Assembly: GCA_023231475.1 (NCBI GenBank)
Contig: JALJEE010001001.1
Location: 1 to 43,823 of the forward strand
DNA from: Seison nebaliae
Lineage: Eukaryota
Direction of reading: 5' to 3'
DNA length: 43,823 bases
Positions 34,416 through 43,823 of this stretch are shown here, one piece after another. The notes below the pieces were generated by a model. It had not been told where the DNA came from. It was given only the letters and a program-made list of their open reading frames with translations, and did no database searches. Position 1 is the first letter of the stretch. Every line of letters starts with the position of its first letter. The translations under genes were made by a program, and so were the position numbers.

Positions 34416-37057
34416 TTATTTTTTTCGAGTAGATCGATCTCGATGAGAATGAAAATCTTCATTATTCTTTCCATTCGTCATTCCAAAAGACGAATTTTGA
34501 TTAGAAGTAAATGTTTGATTAGTTGACGTCACCGAAGCTGATGTGTTCGAATTATTCATCGTTGTTGATTGTAGATGAGAAGTGATTTGAGTAGCATCAG
34601 GCATCGGCATTTGTGACATGACATTATTTGTATATCTGAAAATGATTTGAGGATTTAATTTAAATTTTATTTGAAATTGATTATTTTCCTCAAACTATTT
34701 TTTTAATAATATTTTCATTAAATCAAATTAAATAAATGAGAAGGAATTGTGTTAAATGAAAGAAGTGAAAGAAATATCTCTTAATAATATTTGAAAAGAA
34801 ATAAAGAATGACTTTATTTTTAGTATGAAATAGAAAAGAAAACGGAAATTTTTTTATATTTTACATAATTAAGTTTAGCTCGACTTAAAAATATGAAACT
34901 AATTCTACTATATTTCTACCACTCTTAATACTGTTCTCCACTTTCGAAGCAACCACCTTCCTCTTCATTCTGCTCTTCCTCTTCTACATCCTCAAATGAT
35001 TCGACCTGTTTATATCTCATCTTCTTATCATAAAACACTTCGCCTAAATTCCACATACTGGGAATAGCTTGATATCTTCCAAATTCATTAGGTGAACGAG
35101 AAAGTTATAGAGAGAGTTAAAAGTAACCTGAAATATGGATTCTTCAAATCTAATTCGTTCGTGGATCGAGTGATTCCTTCTCGACCATCAACGAACATTT
35201 CCATTTTGATATCATAACTTTGTCTAGAAAGAAGAGAAATTTTAGATAATTGAAGAATGAAGAAAAGATATAGATAAACTTCTTATTCGCTATCATTTCA
35301 ATATGTCCTTTCAAGATTTCACCTTTGAATACGAAAATCGGATTGGGCAAACAACATCGTACTTGATACCAATGTGTCAATGGTTGACCTGGTGCCGTTG
35401 TCAACCAACTGGTGACACTAAAGAAAGAAAATTTATTATTATTAGAATTTCAAAAAAATTTGATTTATTCAAACTTCTTTCCAATGAATGCCACGTCGAA
35501 CCAGAACGCTAATCCGTGAATATTCGATGTCTTTCGACAACGATATTTGACGGGGAAACTGATGGTGTGAAGACTCTCCTCGGAACTTTTGAGGAAATCA
35601 ATTTCATAATATTGACTCTCTTCTGATACGTCACATATTCGAATGTCGAATGTATCCTGTATGAAGGGAATTGATGAAAATGAAATTGAGAGAATTACAA
35701 ATAATAATATTGAAAAATAATAATGAGAAATGAACCACAATGGGTTGACGGAAACTTTCAGCGATAGCAGCTTGTTGCAAAGAAGAAATGTCGAGATTAA
35801 AGAAACATTTCTGCGTCCAAAAATTCCCTTTCGCTGCCATTTCCATATAGAGCATTTCATCACAAAATGGAATGCAATATAGAATACCTTTCGTTGGATA
35901 CATGTTACCGTTGGGTTTGAGGAATTTTCTCGCGTGAATATAACTCTCTAACATTCGTTCATTAATGAGCATATATCCCATCGGTTCACTAATGATAATA
36001 TCAGCCTTTTCAGGTAAATCGATATCTTCCACTTTTCCCGTAACAATTTTGAGTCGATCATTCAACTGATTGGAATCGACGAGATGTTGAGCATGTTGTG
36101 CAATAGAACTAGCTTCAATTGCATAAACTCTTTTAGCGCCAGCTTGTAAAGCGAAATGAGATAATATTCCAGAACCAGTTCCAACATCAATAACGACTGC
36201 ATCTCGGAATTCATCCAAATTATCCAACATCGCTCTCTGATAAGTTGATGTACGAATATAATCTTGCATCATATTCTGTTGTTGTGACAAATAACCATAA
36301 TATTGGAAATATTGTTCGGCTGAACCATCTTCTGTACGATCAGCGAAAATGGAATCTTTTTTAATTCCAGTTCGAATGTCATTCATTATGGATTTGAATC
36401 GATTCAATTCTAATAAGAAATTAAAAGGTTAAAAGAAAATAGGAAAGTTAAAAAGAATATGGAAATTAACCTGAAACATTATCGAATAGAATGAATAAAT
36501 TATCATGCGCTTCATTGGCGATTAAGCAAGCTCGAGTACCAACTTGACAATGTTCAGAATGACGATTTAATCTGATTTCTCGTTTGACATCACCATTTGA
36601 TGAGCCTGAAAAGATGAAATTTGAAAAAGTGAAAATGGAAAATTCAAACTCAAAATCTGTAGAAGTGATTCAGGTGAATGCATCAAAATGTCGATTTGAA
36701 GTGATTTGTCGGAAATGGTTGTCATCTGACCATACTGAGACATAGTAGCAACGAAAGTCTTTTCGAACTTTTGCTGGAAATGGAAAGGAAATGATGATGA
36801 AAGAAATGGAAAATGGAAAAAGAAACATTTAAAGTTCCAGATTGTTTCGAATGTTTCTTGGAGATCGTCTTCTGACTATGACCGTTGCTACTGTTAGGAA
36901 CATTATTATTACTCAGACTATTATTACTGTTATTATTATTGTTATTATTGTTATTTTTGTTAAGAGAAGCAGGTGAATTATTGGATGTTGGAAAACCATC
37001 GTCGAACTTCTTTTTCTGTTTCTGCATCGTACTTGAATTGTGTTTGCTGCTCGACAT
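34416..37057 (-). CDS. CARM1: Histone-arginine methyltransferase CARM1/PRMT4; 8 exons with two candidate last exons
   Basis: Poly-N N-terminus and PH-like domain. Motifs [90 protein letters not shown] and DLKNPYFRY. All seven donors are GTT. Confidence 0.95.
34925..35075 (-). CDS. Candidate alternative terminal exon of CARM1 (acidic C-terminus)
   Basis: Donor at 35127 to AG at 35077-35076 (52-nt intron) gives in-frame [50 protein letters not shown]. Confidence 0.6.
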
Positions 37058-37869
37058 TATTGGAAGATCGTTCGTCGTCGGATAAGAGAGAATAATTAAC
37101 GTCTAAATAGTAGTAGATCGATACAATCGAAATGATGAGGAGTTGTTTCGTTCCTTTCGTGATAAAGAAATGATGATGGTGATGGTGTCTAACTAAAAGA
37201 GAATTGGGTTGAAGATAAAAGATAAAATCGAATGAAAATGAGAAATGAAAATCGTATTGGATTGAATCGTCTCAATCAACTCAAATTAGAAAGATAAATT
37301 CGCAAATTAATTTCTTACACCGTTCTTTTTTATAGTTCCTTTCACTCTCTCCCTTCTCCTCCTCTCCCTTCACACATCACAACAATTCCATTGAAATCCC
37401 ATTTCTTTTTTCACTTTTGCATTTCGACTTTAAACACAAATCTTAATTCAATCCAATTCTCCAACGATAGTCTCCCAACACATTCAGTTCGTTTTTGTCC
37501 ATTTTTGTCCAGATAAACAACCCATCTCCCACCAACTTTCCAAACTTCTTTTAATATATCCCTAGAAAAAGAAGTTCGACGAAAATTTCTTGTTAGTCCA
37601 TTTGCCGCCCTCCACCCACCCCCGGCTTGTATCTTCTCGACATATTGAACGTTTCCCGGCTCGAACTGGACGAAAAATTAATTTGACATGACACAATTTT
37701 GACGCAACGATAAAATGACGGAAGGGATGAGAGAGGAAGAGAAGTGAACGAGATGAATAACTTAATTTTTAATTTAAATGAATGGAAAGACAAAAAAAAG
37801 GAATTTTTGGATAATTCTCTAAATTCATCATATTGTTGCTGTTAATATTTGTTGTTGTTGTTGTTTTGG

Positions 37870-37911
37870 GAGGGAGAGAGAGGGAGAGAGAGAGAGAGAG
37901 AAAGAGAGAGA
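37870..37911. repeat. Imperfect (GA)n microsatellite
   Basis: Direct reading; lies between the SAPS gene end and the CARM1 start. Confidence 0.85.
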
Positions 37912-38157
37912 TCAGTGGTGGATTGAATCTCGTTTGAACGAAAGAAGTGAAAATAAATTTTTTTTTGCTATTTAAAATGGTTTGGAAAGTGTGAAGAAAA
38001 AAAAAAAAGGAAAAGTTATATAAATTCATCTTATATTGTGGGTCATCAGTCAATCCCACGTCTCAAATGAGCAATGAAGTGTAACGATAGATGAATATCG
38101 TCAACGAGGAAGATGGATAGGCCTCTCCTCTCAGCAAAGAAGTTATTCCAACAGATT

Positions 38158-41100
38158 TCATTCGACATCATCAGCATGTTCGATCAGTTTCTCTTTCCAT
38201 TCTATTTCATCATTCTCCCCCTCCTCTTCTCTATCTTGTTTATCGATTGTCTCCGCTATCTTCTCCATGAGCGCATTATGCTCCCTCATCATCACCTTCT
38301 CCATGTTCTCACTTTTATCATTCAGTACGTTCAGGTGTTCACCTATCACATCCTTCTCCAATAACTTACTGTCCAATGCGACCGATTGAATTTTCGTTCC
38401 TTCGTCTAACACGAAAGTCTCACTAATTATCACAAATGAAATTAAATGTTAATTTGATGAAAATGATAACGAATAATTTAACGATGAAATTTCTTTGTCA
38501 ATCGATTTCGCACTAATCTTCTCGATGGACGAAAAGTCATTTATTGATTTATCATATGTTTTCGTTATTCCTTTCAGCCACTATACACGTCCGCGACAAT
38601 TAGACAAATCTCATATTAAAAGAAAAAGTTCGAAATTTAAAGGAACACTCAATTCTTCTGGTGGGCAATCGATATCGTTGAACTTCGACTCAATGTCATT
38701 CGTTTTCGTCTTCGATTTCAATAACTATTTGAATAATAATAATAATCAAAGAAAAAATTATAAATAACTTTTAGATTGTCGAATAATCGACTTTCAAATG
38801 TGTCAACATGTTTCGCAATAAACGTCTTCCATGATTCCCATTGTTTCTCCTCAATTTCTAAAGAATAAATTTAAAAAATTTTCAAAAAACAAACTATTAG
38901 ATGAGTAAGAAATAAAATAATTGTTGAGAAATTTCATTGAAAAAAAAAATGAAATTATTCTCCTGAAAGAAAAAAAAAGATGATGTGATTGATCAGAAAG
39001 GAGTTTATGATGAATTCGTGAAGGAATAGATAAAGAATGAAATAATTATAAACTTGGGATAATTTCATCTTTGACGAATTGTTTAATTTCTTTTTTTTTC
39101 TTATCAAATTGGAAAATTTCCGATTTGGATATATCGAGAAATTTCTTTATGATCAACAACGATTTGTTGATGGAAGAATACAAATAACAGTTTTGATAAG
39201 AGAATGAATTATTTTCATAAATGGCCAGTAATTGTGGGAGACAATGGAAATCATGGAACAATTTTCGAATGGAAGGTAATTGGACGAATGACAATTGACC
39301 TGAATCGATATATTTCATGCAATTCGTATTGATATTGAGAAGATAGGACATTTTCTTATAATTGGAATTCGTTTCATTTTTCTCCGTTTGGAAATAGAAG
39401 TTGATTGAGGAAAACAGTAGAAAATCGAAGAAACGGAAAAAGTTTTTCTGGAAGAAATTTTTCTTTAAGTGCACCGACGTCAATCGGAAGAGGATGGAGG
39501 GGAAATTAGTGGAGAATAATTTCTCGTAATAATTCGTTGAGATGTCGATGATAGTCGTGATATCTTGAATGACATATTGTTTCTTATGGGACGTTCTCGG
39601 TTCGTAGTCCAATTGACTCATATCGCTTTCGGCGACTGATTTGGAAATAAGTGACAGATAATTAGTAGGTAACATTAAATTGACGAGTGTCATCTCAATA
39701 TCTTGTTTGAATCGACATAATGCTAAATCGTCTTCTTCTTCATGTTTTTCTTCTTTTTTCGTCATTTCCTCATTTAATTGGAGAACGTCGACGAGTGTGT
39801 TAATATGTTCGATTTGGATGAATTTCATTAGATTTATAAGACTCTGCACACAAATATTCCACATGATAAATTCTCTCGAATCATTCAATGATAATTCTGT
39901 CGTCACATTTTCCGTATGTGGTTGTTGTTCGACATCGTCGTTGAAAGGAGAGAAGGTATGGAATGGAGAGAAATTGGAATTGTTAGCGGCGGTCGATGGA
40001 AAAGTGTCGGCTAAAGGATTACTTTCTCCTTCGATTCGATTTAATGAAACGACGAGGAGAACATTGACAATACATCGAATAGATAAAAGATTATTCTTAT
40101 TCTTCACTAATAAATCGAGAAGACGTTCAATGAATTCTTTAGATTGGAAATATTCGCCTGAATAAGAGAAGGGAGCAAATTGAACGATATGTCTCAATTC
40201 GCAATTAAACGAATTCTTCATCATTGTACTATTGATCATTTTCCGCATAATTTGTTCACGCTCATCATTGATGAGGAGAACGATTAATGTGGAACTGGAT
40301 AATGCTAAATTGTAATCGAAATTGCCATTTATTTCACTCATGAGATCGAGTAATTTCTCGATAAGATTCGTCTCTTTCAGGAATTTGAGGATGATCCGAT
40401 TATATTTGAGAGAATTTATCGTTCCTATCAATGTTTGGAAAAGTTCGATTGTGGCACTCTTGTCCAAATGCCATAGAAATATATTCACCATCTCTTCATT
40501 GTCAAGAATTAATTTATCGAATTTAGCAAACTCACGAATCATTTCATCATCACCATCCTTCTCATCATTCTTATTCTCCACATCATTATCATTTCCATTC
40601 TCTTCTTTCGATTCTTCGTGGTAATATTCGAATCGATTTTTCGGATCAAAATATTCACCAAACCAAAAATTCAAGATCTTTTCTCGAGAAAAATTCATTT
40701 TAGAGGAAATCCTCCACTAATCGAAAATGGGAAACCGTCAGCGTGAAATTGCGGAGGAGATAATGGAGAATCTTTATCAGATTCGAATAGAAAAATGACT
40801 CGACACTTCTATCCAAGAGATGCTCATGAATTTTAATCATTAACGATTCATTTTGACTCAAATCTTTGAGGAGAACCGATTTCGGAATGGTGAGTAATTC
40901 GGTAGCTCGATTCGACAATCTTTTCTTAAATAAATTCAACTGAATTGTGGGAAATTGAACTAACTGAATCATTTCATCATTCTCATCATTCGTTTCATTC
41001 ACTTCGTCAGTTTCCGCATGAATTGTCGGACTTTCTTTCTTCTCTTCAATTTTTCCTTTGCCACAAACGAATTCGAATATTTCCAGAAATTTATGTTCAT

Positions 41101-41308
41101 TTGCGAAACTTTAAAGGAAGAGAATTGGACAAATGGAAATTATTATGGGAAATTTAAACAATTCAAATAATTTCTTATTTTGATCTCGCATTGCCTGAAT
41201 GATGAATGATTTCTTTAATAAATTGTACGTTGTCCATTCATCGGGATCGCCAAGATAAGTTGATTCATCGGTCGTCCTGTCCAACTCCCAAAATAGATCC
41301 ATATTCAT
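38158..41308 (-). CDS. SAPS-domain protein / PP6 regulatory subunit (PPP6R1-3-like), divergent, about 7 exons
   Basis: LFWELD..TTYNLLKKSFIIQAMRDQNKKLFEFF, SNRATELLT..LSQNESLMIKIHEHL, YSNLIKILHYLL, HLDKSATIELFQTL, LIEKLLDLM and QWESWKTFI align in order with SAPS motifs. Six GTT..AG introns join ORFs 41111..41308, 40700..41002, 39046..40698 and 38158..38433. Confidence 0.75.
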
Positions 41309-42141
41309 CTACAAAGATATTTCTCTATGTATTTATTTATATATGTCTATTCCTTTAAATAAAGTCAAATTCCTCGAATTTATTTATAGAAATGTCCCTT
41401 AAAAATTAAAATAAATAAATGCTCCCTAAAAAATCCATCGATTCACTCACTTCTCTACTGTCCTCTCATGCCATTTCCATTTGTAAAATATAAGCCCATG
41501 TCCTCATTCATTATTGCCTTGAAATATTCTCATTATCATTTGTTTCCAAAGCAAATAAATGGAATATCCATTCATTTATTTCTTATTTCATTCAATTTTC
41601 TTTTCAAATAATCGATAAATTCCCCATGAAATCGTTCTTTTCCTTTCCTATTTCAATTACTACTCATTAACAACGAACTTATTATCATTATATCTCTCAT
41701 AACCATTTTCGTTTATTTGTAAAATTCTATTTGAAAATAATTAATTATTTATTTCAATTTGTTAATACTCAATAAATGTCAATATCATTCTCATCGATTT
41801 CTTAACATATATAACATTAACCAAAATTCTCATGGGAAAAACAAAGTGTTTGAGAGAATGATAAATTCAATTTTATAGTTTCAGTCATAGTTTCATGAAA
41901 GATTCGTATAAGTCAATTTGTTGAACTGAAAGATTTGTTGAAGACTATGTTGGTTGTAAGTTAAAAAATGTACATGAATGGAATTGTAGAAAAGAAAACA
42001 AAAATCTTAAATATTCTTTTTAGATAAGACACAAAAAACTAAGAAAACATAAATAACGTAAAATGGATTTTATATGGTTTGGGATTTGGAAGAAATCACA
42101 CACTCTCTATAATCGTTTGATATGATTTTTTTCAATGATTA

Positions 42142-43370
42142 TTATCCTAATGGAAACAGTTTTTTCCTGTACAATTCATATCCTAATAAGAATTTGAGTT
42201 GAAGAATTTCTCGATTTTTGAATATGGGCATAATGCGGTGGGCTAAATACTTCAGATTTATTAACGTATAGAAACCACAACTCCGCAAGTCACTCTGAGA
42301 AGAAGTGTGTGGGACCATAATTTCCCATTTGTGATGTTTGTCTGTTATAGCACTATATGGTACAGGAATGTCCAATTCAGTAATTAAAGTCCCAAGTAAA
42401 TGAACTAGATAATTGGCATTTATATCCGTCATCCTTGGCTTGTTTTTGCAAGATTCATAAGTTATTAGAACTCCTTTCTCTAAATCCAAGACGACTAGCA
42501 AGTAATGAAAACCGTAAGAGTCGGTTGAAAATATCACTTGATATCTCTCTTGAAATCCTTTTTCTTTTCCTACTATTTTTCCCGCTAATGTTCTCATTAT
42601 CTGCTCACTCTCATTATCATTTTCTATTACTATCGGTGTGGTGGAACGCCTTGTTCTTTGAATTATCAAATGAAATAGAATTAGTTTTATAATTCCATTG
42701 GAAATAATGAAATTGATTGCACGTATAATTAGAAGTTAAAATGGATCTATACATTTAATAAAATTGTAAACTTCTGATATGCTTTTGTAGTCCAATCATT
42801 TGTTACTTCGTATGGGAAAATATTGTAAGGCATGATTGCTAAGTCAGCTAATAATAGTTGTAGAGGATATAAGAGTACGTCAGGATTTTGAACACCTTTC
42901 TCACTAAATAACGTGTCATATGTTCTAATCCATTTCTCATCGTTCAAGAAAGGCACGAGCATCAAATTGATATACTCATCTACTTTAGATGTACCTATAG
43001 ATTTTACTAAATGCCGTTTACAATAGTGTTCAACATCCTCTAAACTTTGTTGTTATGCTCATCAGAAATTAGAGAGAAACTTTTAGTTGTTTTGAATGGT
43101 TCAACCTCTTAAGTGAAACTGATTAATCATAAAAAATTATATATGAATTTAACCCTGTAGAAATTTTGATATTCTTTTAGTGAAGTAATAGAATGACCGT
43201 ATTATAATAAAAGTAGTAAAAAATTAAACCTTTCTGCGGGAATTCGAAATTCGAATTCGCAATTAAACTTTCTGATAGTTATTACTGAGAAACATAACTA
43301 GGGAAAAATATTTTAAGAATGAATACTTTCGATGTATAATTAGAACTATAATCAGTTGTCGGGCTATCAT
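42142..43370 (-). CDS. Ulp1/SENP-like (clan CE, C48-type) cysteine protease with hydrophobic N-terminus, copy B, about 6 exons
   Basis: Last exon GFHYLLVVLDLEKGVLITYES..SSQSDLRSCGFYTLINLKY..FLLGYELYRKKLFP is clearly homologous to copy A. Upstream small exons splice in frame through GTT..AG introns from ATG 43370 (MIARQLIILCFSVITIRKFNCEF..). The 5' model is less certain than the protease domain. Confidence 0.65.
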
Positions 43371-43586
43371 TCTGAATTCACATGGAATAAAATATTAATA
43401 GCTAAAAAACAGATTTAAAATTGTAGAAATAAAAGAAAAGGAAAAAGAAACGAATTTTCAGTTTTGAAAAAACTGGTCAAAATATAGTAACTGTATTCAG
43501 ATTTTCAAAAATTCATTTGGTGCTCAGGTGAAAATGTTACTAAACTTTATAAAAATCGGATTAATATTGTTGAAGAAAAGGTTGCC

Positions 43587-43776
43587 GGACACTTCTACTC
43601 CTTTTTCCTCTAATATAGGACACTTCTACGCCTTTTTCATACAAATTAGGACAGTTCTACGCCTTTTTTACAAATCAGGACAGTTCTACGCCTTTTAATA
43701 ACGTAATTAATGCGTCTTTAAAATTTTTTCGGACATTTTCACTCCTTCCTTAACAAAACACTTCGGGCACTTCTAC
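43587..43776. repeat. Tandem ~30-bp minisatellite with GGACA(C/G)TTCTAC(G/T)CCTTTT core: 4 good and 2 degenerate units
   Basis: Units start at 43587, 43618, 43649 and 43678 (spacing 31/31/29). Degenerate copies near 43731 and 43766. Followed by T28 at 43785-43812. Confidence 0.85.
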
Positions 43777-43784
43777 AAAGTTCA

Positions 43785-43818
<34 letters not shown>

Positions 43819-43823
43819 AAATT

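Noticed and set aside
36885..37085. Poly-Leu membrane-like ORF on the plus strand
   Set aside because: Antisense shadow of the poly-Asn tract in CARM1 exon 1.
39680..40624. 161-aa and 100-aa plus-strand ORFs
   Set aside because: Antisense shadows of the SAPS coding exon, with no independent coding signal.
43587..43700. CRISPR-like array (repeat plus variable spacer)
   Set aside because: Eukaryotic context, no cas genes, and linkers of only ~10-12 nt that resemble each other: a minisatellite.
1..43823. Alternative genetic code or stop-codon readthrough to explain the fragmented ORFs
   Set aside because: All breaks in conserved genes resolve with short GT-AG introns, and long exons (FIG4, kinase) translate cleanly with the standard code.
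1..43823. Naming the organism (e.g. a compact-genome syndermatan such as Seison)
   Set aside because: Compatible with the compactness, AT content and gene set, but not demonstrable without a database search.

Overview
AT-rich, very compact eukaryotic (animal) genomic DNA, not prokaryotic. The ORF track is fragmented because most genes are split by tiny GT-AG introns of about 41-60 nt. An IR25a/IR8a-type ionotropic receptor points to a protostome, and DRC1 points to motile cilia; the exact taxon cannot be read from the sequence. By hand-splicing I reconstruct about 17 protein genes: a partial PVR/VEGFR-like receptor tyrosine kinase, a CXorf65/C22orf15-like protein, an 8-Cys Ly6/three-finger protein, an IR25a/IR8a-like receptor, two Ulp1/SENP-like (C48) cysteine proteases, a small acidic disordered protein, DRC1, a stefin, jagunal, Asterix, FIG4, a membrane-anchored heme peroxidase, an unknown coiled-coil protein, a possible small membrane protein, CARM1 and a SAPS/PP6R subunit. 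There is also one tRNA-Thr(CGT), plus MITE/foldback elements and transposase relics. Four observations stand out. (1) About 55 of about 60 reconstructed introns start GTT instead of the usual GTR(AG), suggesting a shifted 5' splice-site code. (2) Both Ulp1-like proteases gain a signal-peptide-like N-terminus once spliced, making them candidate secreted deSUMOylase/DUB-like effectors. (3) CARM1 has two alternative in-frame last exons. (4) Several 3n introns contain no stop codon. All gene models are manual and lack RNA evidence.
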